DNA of 64,000 bases, from NCBI GenBank assembly GCA_002633005.1, contig NMRA01000464.1, positions 62,001-126,000 on the forward strand, read 5' to 3'. The position numbers and the translations under genes were made by a program. This DNA comes from Phoronis australis (taxonomy: Eukaryota > Animalia > Phoronida). This document shows, in pieces, positions 39,171 through 51,118 of this stretch. Every line of letters starts with the position of its first letter. Positions within the stretch are counted from its first letter, which is position 1. The notes under the pieces were generated by a model. That model had not been told where the DNA came from. It saw only the letters and a list, made by a program, of their open reading frames with translations, and made no database searches.

Positions 39171-39550
39171 AGCCCGGTTGCATGAGACAGTCCCAAACAG
39201 GGACTCAACTAAGTACCCTAAATCTACTGAGTATATGTGGACTTACTTTAGTTTCATTATGTAGTCAACTTTTGGCTTTGATAAAAAATCGAGAGTGAAC
39301 TCAACATTGAATTGGCAATATTGAAAATATTTAGGATCTTTTCATGCAATGCTCCTAACTTAAGGACTAAGTCCCTATTTGTTGCCACTGAATTCAGGGC
39401 TCAGTTTTAAGTTATTTTATTAGAAATTGTCATAATAAAGATGAAATATAGAAAAAGATTCGATCTGAGAGTAAACAAAGACACAGAAAGGCAAAAGATT
39501 TAGAGAACTTAGTTGAGTCCCTATTTAGGACTGTTTCATGCAACCCAGCA
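39171..39550. mobile_element. Harbinger-type MITE family A, copy 1
   Basis: TIR gcccggttgcatgagacagtccc..gggactcaactaag / cttagttgagtccc..ggactgtttcatgcaaccc; homologous to 51811-52241. Confidence 0.8.
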
Positions 39551-39990
39551 CAGGTCTCCCAGGTTATCTAAGCTGAGTCATCAGATGGGTATAAAAAAAA
39601 CAAGGGTTCCACAATGCATTTGAAAAGTGACAGCAACGCACTGATGAAATCCTCTCATTAGGGCAGCTGTATGTCGTGGTACATATTATTTTTACCTTAC
39701 CTTAGCAGGCTACCTGAACAAAATGGCTACCACACACATAGGTAATTTTCGTAACACTCCCTGCCTAATTGGTATAAAATAATTTCATTGACACACAGCG
39801 ATTGGTTAATTCGTGTCAACAGGCCCACTAAAATTGGAAGCGAAAAAGGACAAAAAGCTAACATGGCCCATAGGTTCTCCAAATTGACCCAAAGACTTGA
39901 AGCGCAGTGTTGGGCAATTCACCCGTACCCACATTTATTCTAAAACAATCAATGCGTTCACATAAATGTACTTCCATCACTTATATTTAC

Positions 39991-40200
39991 ACAGTTCACT
40001 GGCTCAATAAAGTGACAGTTCACTGGCTCAATAAAGTGACAGTTCACTGGCTCAATAAAGTGACAGTTCACTGGCTCAATAAAGTGACAGTTCACTGGCT
40101 CAATAAAGTGACAGTTCACTGGCTCAATAAACTGACAGTTCACTGGCTCAATAAACTGACAGTTCACTGGCTCAATAAACTGACAGTTCACTGGTTCACT
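39991..40200. repeat. 24-bp minisatellite (acagttcactggctcaataaa[g/c]tg), about 8.5 copies
   Basis: Five g-variant units followed by three c-variant units and a partial unit. Confidence 0.95.
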
Positions 40201-42039
40201 AGCCCAATAAACTAGCGGCTTATGCAACCAAACCGTGTTTGGAATCATTCACTGACACCATAGATTAGAGACAACAGATTCGCAACTATGACATTTTCTT
40301 CCGTGCTAGCCAAGAGGTGCCGCCACTATCCTAAATTTTCTGGTGCAGTTTCCGGTTAGTGTATTTTGACGAGAAATATTTGCATCTACTTTACTGTCCA
40401 AAACAACGAAAAAAATATCAATTTAGGCATTGAAACGCTGTTCAAAGTCTTCCAATAGTAGAAGTGTTGGTATTGTGAGTACTTTTGGCAATGCTACTGG
40501 TAATTAATTATAAAATTCAAACTTCGGTGCCGACTGATTATGTCGTCTGCTTGTCCAATATAGCAGCATAGTTATCGGACAGTTTGTGATTTATGGTTCA
40601 CATACGCCTACTGAGAAAACTACGAAAGCATGTTTGTGCACAAATTCCAACTTAGGAGTACCTGTGAATGCAAAGATACTTATGTAACGTTTTTGGTTTA
40701 GAAAAATATTAATTTTGTTCGAATTAAAAATGCGCCTCTGCAACGATTTGACTAGTTTAACCTTTGCATGTTTATAATTCAATATTCTCAAGTGAGCAGT
40801 TCTTCTGGGAAGTGTTGAGTGGCCCTTAAAAAGGCCGTTGGTTGTACTGTGGATGAGCCTTAGGTATAGCGTGAAAAAATGGTTCTTAAAAGAATCGATG
40901 AATAATTCAACATAAATCACACAGTATCCTATGCTCTTTCAAGTACTGAAGATCCTCTTCATTCAAGTTTTCATCAGGGAAGGTTGGATGAAAACAGAGA
41001 AGATGGCAATATCGATGACAGTTCTTGTTCCTGGATTCAGAAGTAACCCTGAACCGTGGGAAAAAAAGACATACAACAACAAAAACGAATCACATTTTGA
41101 AAGTCATCGCCTTCGTACGATTCCGTGTTGCTGTCGCCAGACTGATGTTCCTCCCCAACATCAATGTAGAAAATCGACGTTACAAGTGATGGAAACTTGT
41201 GTCCTTTGTTTCTAACTTTTAACCCATTTTTTAATAATTTAATTTTTTTCTAATGTTGATAGAGCATAACTTTTGGTTTTTACAATGCATTAATTGTGTT
41301 GAATGCATTGATATTAAGTGGTTTCATTGAGTTGAACAGAAAATAAATTAAATGTAACACAATAAAGTTTTGAAAATAAATAGAGCAGTAAACAGGACTC
41401 CCTAAGAATCGAGCTGTTTTCAAAAAATTTGCGCCATTGGTGATCTGATTGGTTCATGCATTTACGGCGGGAAAATAATAGACCAAGTATCGTGCACGTG
41501 TGCACTGTAGCAACACTTTGTATCTTATTCTTATTTGGCCAATCTGTTGATACAGCAAATTTCCTTCTTTATGCCTATCCTGATTTGACTGCAACTTGAG
41601 CTTGTTGGGTTCTATCATATATTGGGTTGGCATTGGGACCCACTCGAATGGGCTTCATTTTACCAAGTATTTCAAATTGTGTAGGTGAAGTAAATAAACA
41701 AAGTGGGTGATTATCATCACCGGAATTTCATCACTAGTAGGCTATCTTTTGCCGGGTGCTCAAATTTTCTGACTAGGGATTGTCAGATTTGTAAGGTAGA
41801 AGTGTTTCGCTGGATTTCCAGGTCTGTGGCGTTATTTATACCGAACCAAAATTAAAAAACGAGACCTTTGTTTAAATCAGAAGCACGTTTTACCAGACCT
41901 GCGCAGGCAGCACATGTGGGCCCATTGCACTGATCACTTGGAACCATTTTTATGATTTATTAATATATAATTAAACCAAGCCGAGGAGCTTGAAACCTGA
42001 TTCACGGCAATTTTTGACAGTGGGATTTCCTGAAAAATG

Positions 42040-42260
42040 CTCGTAAGTTAACAACAAAGTTTGATAGCAATGCACTGCAGTTTTGTAGAAACTCTGTCAT
42101 AGGTTATAGATGCGTCACAGAGCGTAAATTTGATAAATTCTAGCTTACAATTTCACCTGTTTCGGAGACCGGGATTCAACCACTTTTGGGCTATAATAAG
42201 CGCCCCTTCCTGAAGCGGATTTTTCTAAGCGCCCTGGACGCTTATTAGGGCGAATATGGG
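42040..42260 (-). mobile_element. Terminal fragment of the CCGTATT-ended element family B
   Basis: Reverse complement of 52245-52440 plus TIR cgcttattagggcgaatatgg. Confidence 0.8.
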
Positions 42261-42744
42261 AATATTTCAGAAGGGCAATATTTAGTATCCTTAATGCAGG
42301 AGGACCCTTTTGTTACATTAGGAGTGGGATTGGCTCATTGTGTACCCTACAGGTGACATTGGACTTCACAAAACTGGTTAAAGAATTTTGTTTTCGTCAT
42401 AAACGTTCGTTTGAAAGGCTTAAAGGCGAAGGCAACCCTTTTTCATGTCATTTTGAGCTAAAATAAGGTTGGTTGGTTATCCTAGACATATTTTTCACTT
42501 AATTACAGCTTTTCGTAATTTTATTAATTACTCGTCCTCTACTCCGGAAGTGACGTTTTAGGAGGCAAGCGTTTCCCGCCATTTGGTTTTGCGTTGAGTT
42601 TACCGTGCGAATCTGTTCTATTCTACTTTTGTTTTGTGCTGTTTTTCAACAATTGTCGCCACCACTTTCCATCGGCGAGTATAGTTTAGTAGAGAACTCA
42701 ACTACGTTGGATTTAGGGATTGTTTAGTGTGTTGTAAGCTGAAA

Positions 42745-43050
42745 ATGGCTGGAGTCGGTGACCCGTATCACGGGGACAGTAGTGTGAGTGACGGAGACCT
42801 CGTTCACAGCAGTGGTGACGAGGAATTTTTTCACGGACATTCAGTGGGTGGGTACATGTTTGAGCCCGAGTATAACGAGGCAGAGTACGCACAGGCACAG
42901 GAAGCTGTTGAGAGAAACGAGGCGGCTACTGAGGACAGATGTGGTGACACATCTTGGTGCAAATGCACTGTGTGCGTTGTTATGCCTACCTCAATGGAAT
43001 GCTTGTGCTGTTCAGAGTTCGACGAGGCCAAGCCACTACTGGACACGGTT
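42745..43050 (+). pseudogene. Truncated KolX / P2X7-ballast-like Cys-rich protein
   Basis: MAGVGD...GYMFEPEY...WCKCTVCVVMPTSMECLCCSE: YxFEP and WCxCxxCxxMxTxxECxCCxE motifs; cut off by the internal deletion. Confidence 0.8.
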
Positions 43051-43841
43051 AAGTGGACCTCCGGCATACCACGGACAGAGGAACAACTGTTCCACTTGCC
43101 AGAGTGTCCCGCGACACACTCCCACTGGATGGTGACCTGAGCACCCAAACTGCTTACATCGTGTCGTGTGACTCCCTCGCCACACACCTGGCACCTTCTA
43201 AATAGCTCCAACACTTTAGACAAGTCCACAATAAACTTATCAAAGTTTGGCTCACCGATCTGTTCACTGGACGACGAACTGTCCTCTTCACTGGGTGTCG
43301 AACGGGGCCTGTATTCACTCCCCCTACTCAATATTGCTGCAGGGCTGCTTAGAGGCTCTGGGCTGGAGAAAACAGCACAGGGCGAATCACTACTGGTTCC
43401 AGGAATGGCACGCTCTGGGGGTACGTTCGGAGGCACAGGTGACAGTGGATGAAGTGCCTCCACTGGCTCCAGTCACTGTACTGGCCACAGCTCGCGAGGC
43501 TTCTCTCTCTTCAAAAACGCACTTCTCGAGGGTGGCGACGGGGCACTGTCGGGAATCAACACAGACGGAATGGCATCCTTCTTCAGGCGTTGTTTCGCAG
43601 GGACCTTCATCAGTTCAGCGTACAAATCCCTTTCGTAATCGGACGGCAGAAAGTGCTTGCCACACACACGGAAATCCTAGCCTGCTTTGTACGTTGCGTG
43701 GACGGGTAACGCTGCGTTCTTTACACGAACGAGCCAAGTACGGCGAAGTTTGTCATCCATCGGAAAGCGATGCTAAGGTACTCCCAAAGCGCTTGTGAGA
43801 CGATAATGAGTACATCCCGGTACGCAGCAACAGTGTGGCAT
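43050..43841 (-). pseudogene. Truncated Kolobok transposase N-terminus (THAP plus C2CH zinc finger)
   Basis: MPHCCCVPGC...P*HRFP...RRTW...VCGKHF...LKKDAIPSV, then KFIVDLSKVLELFRRCQVC...WECVAGHSGKW; in-frame stops and frameshifts, no DDE domain. Confidence 0.85.
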
Positions 43842-44250
43842 GTTGACTGACTAGTAAATTAAAGCAAACGACGACGTAACTTAACACAACCGAGGTAGAA
43901 CAATGACTGACTTGGCAGCTCTCACAGTCAGACTATATGAAAAGAAATTGGCGCAAAATGCTTGCCTCCTAAAACGTCACTTCCGGAGTAGCGGACGAGT
44001 AATTAACAAAATTACGAAAAGCTGTAATTAAGTGGAAAATATGTCTAGGATAACCAACCAACCTTATTTTAGCTCAAAATGACATGAAAAAAGGTTGCCT
44101 TCGCCTTTAAGTTTGGAAATTTTAGGACTTAAGCCGGAAATTTAAAAACCAGTTGTCCGCTTACAAAAATTTAATATTGAAGAATAAAAACAACCTTCAC
44201 ACCCCTCTGGTGTTCCTGTTCCATGTTTTCAAAGAAGTTGATTGACTTTT

Positions 44251-45057
44251 CATGGACTGCAGTGATAGACTGCAGTGGAGATTTTGTGCGGCATATATTC
44301 GACATGAAATGAGTATGTAACCTGCAGTTGAATTGCGAGATAGATTTTGACTTGTCCAGATGGTTATTTCTGAAGTATTAATGTAATCTTTATTTATGTT
44401 AAAGGTTTTACCAGCGTTCTATTTATTTGTACACGGATGTGAATTTGTTGAAATCGCTGATCCAAATCCTGGTCAAATGTGCGCATTCTGCTGAGACCAA
44501 CCGTCTGATCAGGGCCAGAGAAGAGTAATTTGGTTAATTCGCTCACTAGACTATGACTGAAATTCCTCGTCAGGACAGGATTTCATGAGTCACTACCTTT
44601 GGAAGAAATTTAGCGGACAATTTTCGTCAAAAAGTTTACCAGATAGTTTTCATCAAAACGGAGAAAACAAAAATGGATTTGTGAAGACAGGATTAAGTAG
44701 TAGGCCTACCAGAGCCTCCTAAAAAACGTTCATCTTCAAAGTGCCTTGAACAAATGTATAAAGTCTTATTGCTGAAACAACTGCCATTCACGTTGACACA
44801 AGAAATAAGCTTTTCTTCCCACAGCCGATTATGGGGTCTTCGGAAGCTAATTCCTTTGCATTTAGCCTGTGTGGCCGAACAACAGGCCACACAGAAGCCG
44901 ACCATGATTAGCAGACGACGTACTTGCCGGAAATTGCACCAGAAAATTTAGCCAGGTGTCGCCAGTGAATAATGACAATTAAGGACTTATGCGTAAGATC
45001 ACAGATTTCGTCCATTGAAAGTATACGGAGTTGGCGGTCCATGTACTATAGTCTATG
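44251..45057 (-). mobile_element. Degenerate THAP-carrying element with CAT(A/G)GACT termini (P-like, tentative)
   Basis: ORF 44693-44905 MVGFCVACCS...GISFRRP...W...ICSRHFEDERF is THAP-like; ends catggactgcagt / actatagtctatg; no clear TSD. Confidence 0.55.
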
Positions 45058-48000
45058 CTGACACTCTGTGTCTGAGTACACATTGTTCTCCTATCCTCGC
45101 TCCCCCATCTTTACGTACCCCTTTTCTATAGGCTTCCTGTATCCTATCAACTTGTCCCCAAATTTAAATGAGGCTATATAAAATAAGTTTCCAAAGTACA
45201 AGTTCCTTGTAAGATATCAATCAATACATTCTTAAACAGCCACCCCTGTTGCAAACATAGCTCCATCACTTATAAACACATGTCACAGACCCAATGAACT
45301 CCCTTCACTTAAACCACCATTCATGATACCAGACTTTCAAAGCATGGCTTACCCACCCAAAAAACTCGTGCGAGGTGGGGAAAGGAGGGTGCGAAGGAGG
45401 GTGGTGGGTGGGAAGGCGTGTGTGAGGGGAGACAGTTAGAACATTAATCAATATATGGCAACTGAGCATTAAGTTGCTTGCAAAATACCGAGCAATTTGA
45501 TTTTAAGACTAAAATGATTTGTAACAGTCACCAGGTAATGCTCCTTCATAATCAACCAAAATAGAATTATATTTATCCAAAAAACAAGTGAATTGAATAT
45601 TAGTGAGTCATCAAGCACTAAATTGCAGCTGTCAGCTTTAAGTAGTGGTGTGTTAGAAGTAAACACAATTAGCAACATGACAGTTAACTACTGCTTAGAC
45701 TCATAAGCACTACAAGAGTACTAAAAAGGACTTGATAAAAGAACGACTTACCTTAAATGAAACGTGTAAAACTAGTGCTTAGAGAATCCAAACTCTTAGG
45801 CGTTCTGAAAAAGAATTCAGTTTACTTCGTGAGTGGAGTTCTGACTTTAATTCATTGACAAGATAATTAGAACATAAAGAGGTCATTTTGCTAATACATA
45901 ACGAAGGTCACAAACCAGTAAGTGACATAGTTTACCAATGTGCCAGGACATCCCCTTCGACAAGAAAACTGAGGTCTATATTAATGGCAAGCATTGACCT
46001 TAGATTCCAATCTAAATAGAAACATGTTCCATTTAACAGATAGTGATTGCAACGAAAGTTACCATCATAATTTACTTCCTAATGACCTCTATTGATCAAT
46101 GCTTTAACTGTTTAGCTCGTCATAGGCAGATACAAGACACACGTGTTACCCGCCAACCAGCAACTGAGCTGAATTGAAGAAAACTCTTAAAAATGCATTC
46201 AAGTGGCACCTTGCAGATGAACGAGTTCCATAATGACCTCAAGGACAATGACCTCAAGGACAATGACCAACTTGACACCAACTGAAGTGAAGCTACTGAT
46301 TAACTTAAAAAACCCAGTATTTTTTATGAAAAGAAAAACAACAAAAACTGTAACCTCAGGCAGTGAGCAAAGTGTCAGTATGGAAAGGTTAACCTTTAGA
46401 GCTAGTCTAACCAGGATGTAATGAATGAGCAACTACCTTAGGTGTGGTCAACACTGGTTAATAGAGCTGGTTCTTATATCAGTCAATTTTATAACCTCAA
46501 GCAGGTCATAAGAGTGAAGCCCTTGAAACAACAGTGACACCAGACAATGAAAGTACAGTTAGGTTGTTGTCAGTTAGCAGTAAATATCTGTTAAAGTATA
46601 CTGAAGCAGAACAACAAGAGCCTAGTTTTCAGGATCCCAAATTAATTCCACCATCTACACTAGCTGTACATTTCCTTTCAGAGCCCTCAATGTCCCACTC
46701 TCCCTATAAAAATGTTTCCTATGAAAAATATTTGAAAATCACTGTTCATTCCTCTCATCAGTCTTGAAACTGTCCCTCAAGGTTAGAATCACTTCAGCAA
46801 AATGTTATTTATAGCCACTTGGAGCATTGTCAGTGAGGAGTGGCACCCCAGGGGAGGGGGAGTTGAGGCGTATTTTACCCGTAACCAAAAAAAATCCCAT
46901 CTCAGAAGCCACAGGCACCATTCCCTCAGGAGCGACAGCCCCACTTTTTCAACATCTTCCCCAGGTTTCCACAACTCATTTGAATCTACAAGAAAACCTA
47001 AATCAGATCTTTAAGTTAGAAACAAATTTATGTATATCAAATAAATTTAAATTGGAAACATACTAAATACGTATTTGGTTCAGGAAAAATGTTTCATGGA
47101 ATATATTAGATGTACTTGACCAACACTAAATATAACAAGCAAGTTACCCCAAATATGAAAAAGAAATTTGACAATATCTTTCAAGCAAATAATGAACTTA
47201 AAAACAACTTGACTACCTGATTCTCACAAACGGCAAGTGAGAATTGTCCTTGCGTGAATTTGGCAATCACCACGCAAGGATTTCATTGACCAAACAAGGA
47301 ATTTTCTTTTTGCAAACATTTCTTTTCTCACCAAATTTTTTGTTTCATTTCGTTCATAGTTTATTTGCAGTATATGTGCTATCCAAAGTATGAGTTACCA
47401 AAGAATACGTTACACCTCATCAAGGGTAGGAGAACTTCTTCAAGTGCAACTTGCCCAAGCGCAAGCTGTAGGGTGGATACAAACACACAGGATGAAAGTA
47501 ATATTACTAGCTGTGCACTTGCTATAGTTACACCCATAGGAATGTCTACCATAATCACTTTTGGGCAATAGTCACTTAAAGGGGTCCCAGATTTTTGAAA
47601 ATCGAGACTTTGCTGCTTGTTATTCATTGGAGAAAACTGGTTGTCATAATTCGGGAACATGCAAGTGGCTATTCCCATTTTTGCACCATATTTGTCTACT
47701 TCATGTAGTGTGGATGTTCAGCTGAACAGGGGCACATTGCTCTAGAGCAAGCTGTACTTGGGTAACTGATAGCCTGGACACAACTATGTAATAAAACCTT
47801 GAAGTTGGATCCAAATGGATCAAAAATTTTTAGTAAAGCAAGAGATGAGTTAAGCGAAAATACTGACGCAAGTTTTACTGTATATGTGTACCACATTAGA
47901 ACTACAATCAGCATTCATTTCACAACATCAATTTCGTCTAATGGCTATTGCATAAATCACCATCTTTGCATTCATAAACAAAGAAGTCAATATCTGTGAT

Positions 48001-49139
48001 TGTTTACAAGTGTCAATACACACATGCACAACATCACAGATAACCAATTATTTTCTAGAAAATTAGCACTACAATGTGTGACCACAGCAATAGCACCACT
48101 TGAAGCCTCCCAACCCCCCCCCCGTGGAGTGTACCTACAGGGTGAGGAGGCACCAGTTGAAGGTCAAGGTCAGGGTGTGTAATCTTGACCTTGGTGTGTG
48201 TTGTATGGCACTGTTAAAAACCGCACCTAAATAGGTGACAAAAAAACAAAAGCAGCACTGCACTAGAGGTTTGTATTAACCTTATTATTGACTTCAACTG
48301 AGGTTAAAATTTTAGTTTTTCACGTGACAAACTTGAAATATCAACGAGACCATTTTAAGAGAAATTAACGATATCTTGTACATTTTTCCATATCTACATG
48401 TCTGGGGCAAAACAGTTCCGCAAGAGCCCTCTAATGGCAGTTTTTTCAAATCTCGCTTCCGAAAAAGCCATGATGTGGGCAATTTCTTGATAGGGGGCTT
48501 ATTCGAAAATCCCCGCTTGTTTCTGTACACCTATTAGAGCCAAGATGAACTGAGCTAACAAATGTGAACTGAAACTTGGAACAAACAATACTATCTGTGA
48601 GGGTAAAAAATAAACATCTCACCGCCAAAGCCAAACAAAAGCGTCAGCAAAACCCGACTTGGTTTCCTTTCACATTCCCAGAAGGTTGGCGTGGACATCC
48701 TTAGCTGCTGCTGGCTGTCATCCCTAATTGCAACCAGACCCAATCAGGATATCATACGGCCCACCAGTTAATTTACACGCCAATATGAGTTCTATTGAAC
48801 AGAATGAGGCAAACCCAAGCCAAGAATCGCTTCTAATCAATAAACAGATATATTCCAACCTCCGCAATGACGTCATGCCGATATCTCAAAAATAGCTCAG
48901 ACTAGAACCTGATTACGCTACTGTGGGGGTGATGAACTTAATTGACGGTGACTGAAGTCGGATTTTTTTTAAGAAATGGATGCAACAGCACCTCCGCAGA
49001 TGTGGGATTTTGGACTTTCATGAGGGATACCGTAGTTCAAGTCTTGGCTTGCAGTAAGCAACAAAATGCTTCTCACCATACAAATCTTGCCAACTTTGAC
49101 AGCAGATCTATCATAAGAGAACTAATGTATGGATATAAG

Positions 49140-51118
49140 AACAAGAGCAACGCGGAGCGTTGAAATGCGCCCACAATTGCACCGCATACGGTATCCTTCT
49201 AGGGTTGTTTATTGGTACCATAAAGTGGCCAGTAGAGGGCATACTTTGCAAAATGGAAAGGCATGGTCATTGTCTCCTCAATAGGCTAGGGGCAAAATGT
49301 GAGTAATCTTCATAATACAAGCACATCCTATACACCAGTTGCTTAAAGCACCACAGAAACATAGAATTAAAAACAAATTTACCAACATACGAGATTAGCA
49401 CAGCATTAGAATGCCAGAAACAAATTTCTACTTGGAACTTTTCCTTCACAGTCACGAAGTAACACAAAGTATACACCTGAAGACCTATGAAAATACAGAG
49501 GTCAATGTAAAATACTAAAATTGCCACTAGAGGCAAATACTAAAATTGCCACTAGAGGCATACCGGTAATCAGAATCATCCTAAAGTCGTCATCGTCCGT
49601 TGTCAACATCACATAAATACACTTGCTAAATTTAGTAAAGATCCTGCAAACGGTTTGGGAGATACAGCCATGGGCGCAAAAAAACAAAACTGCCACTAGG
49701 AGGCGCCACAGTAGTCCAAATCGTCTGAAAATCATTGTCAGCTGTCTTCCTTATAGTAAGCACATACACGCCAATTTTCACAATCATCCTTTGAGCGGTT
49801 TGGTTGATAGAGGGGTGGACGCAAAAATACAGACTCGAAAACAGTAAAAATGGCCACTAGGTGGCGCAAACTACGTCGAATCCATCTGAAAACAGTAGGA
49901 TAGCGTCATCTCACTAATAGGTGCCTACATACCAAATTTCATGAAAATCCGTTCAATACTTTTGAAGATACAAAGGTAAGCGTAAAAAACTAAAATTGCC
50001 ACTAGGGGGCACACCGGTAGTCGGATCCGACCAAAAGTCGTCATCTTCCGTTGTTAACATCATATAAATATACTTACACAATTTGTAAAGATCCTGCGAA
50101 CGGTTTAGGAGATACAGCCATAGGCGCAAAAAAACAAAACTGCCACTAGGAGGCGCCACAGTAGTCGAAATCGTCGGAAAATCATCGTCAACCGTCCTCT
50201 ACATAGTAAGCATATACATGCCAATTTTCACAATCATCCTTTGAGCGGTTTGGTTGATAGAGGGGTGGACGCACAAAAACAGACTCGAAAACACTAAAAA
50301 TGGCCACTAGGTGGCGCAAACTATGTCGAATCCATCTGAAAACGGGAGGATAGCGTCATCTCACTAATAGGTGCCTACATACCAAATTTCATGAAAATCC
50401 AATAAGGACTTGTGAAGATACAAAGGTAAGCGTAAAAAAATTAAAATTGCCACTAGGGGGCACACCGGTAGTCGGATCCGTCCAAAAGTCGTCATCTTCC
50501 GTTGTTAACATCATATAAATATACTTACACAATTTCGTAAAGATCCTGCGAACGGTTTAGGAGATACAGCCATAGGCGCAAAAAAACAAAACTGCCACTA
50601 GGAGGCGCCACAGTAGTCGAAATCGTCGGAAAATCATCGTCAACCGTCCTCTACATAGTAAGCATATACATGCCAATTTTCACAATCATCCTTTGAGCGG
50701 TTTGGTTGATAGAGGGGTGGACGCACAAAAACAGACTCGAAAACACTAAAAATGGCCACTAGGTGGCGCAAACTATGTCGAATCCATCTGAAAACGGCAG
50801 GATAGCGTCATCTCACTAATAGGTGCCTACATACCAAATTTCATGAAAATCCGTTCAGGACTTTTGAAGATACAAAGGTAAGCGTAAAAAACTAAAATTG
50901 CCACTAGGGGGCACACCGGTAGTCGGATCCGTCCGAAAGTTCGCACATGCCGTCCCATTCATGAATGGAACATATGTGCCAAATTTCATGAACGTATGTC
51001 AAAGGGTTTTGGAGATAGAGCAGCGGACGCCGGACGCCAGACGCCGGACGGACGCCGCCCGGACGGACAGAGATGACGGCATAATGCGTCCACATATAAA
51101 TATGTGGGCGCATAAAAA
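49140..51118 (+). mobile_element. Helentron-like non-autonomous element (HINE/DINE-1-like) with internal higher-order tandem array
   Basis: aacaagag start, palindrome caacgc-gga-gcgttg, sub-TIR atgcgcccaca (49165-49175) / tgtgggcgcat (51103-51113), ggac-rich microsatellite ~51024-51070, 3' hairpin 51084-51113 followed by an A-run. Confidence 0.8.
49540..50940 (+). repeat. ~451-bp higher-order repeat of three diverged subunits (~145/161/145 bp), about 3 periods
   Basis: ccactag cores at 49693, 49854, 49999, 50143, 50304, 50450, 50595, 50756, 50901; every third subunit is near-identical. Confidence 0.95.

Larger units (their letters stand above)
42424..44106. mobile_element. Kolobok-type internally deleted transposon, copy 2 (KolX 5' part on +, THAP transposase 5' part on -)
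   Basis: TTAA at 42420-42423 and 44107-44110; TIRs of ~160 bp starting AGGCGAAGGCAACC; convergent gene remnants. Confidence 0.9.

Noticed and set aside
39907-40248. ORFs with repeated VHWLNKVT / FIEPVNCH peptides
   Set aside because: Artefact of a stop-free 24-bp minisatellite; no splice or coding context
40259-40920. Another THAP / P-like element starting with catagatt
   Set aside because: Only a vague Cys pattern, no matching right terminus and no CxxHF motif found
49540-50940. CRISPR-like array (conserved motif with intervening sequence)
   Set aside because: Intervening sequences are themselves repeated every third unit, units are ~150 bp, the context is a spliced eukaryotic locus and no cas genes are present
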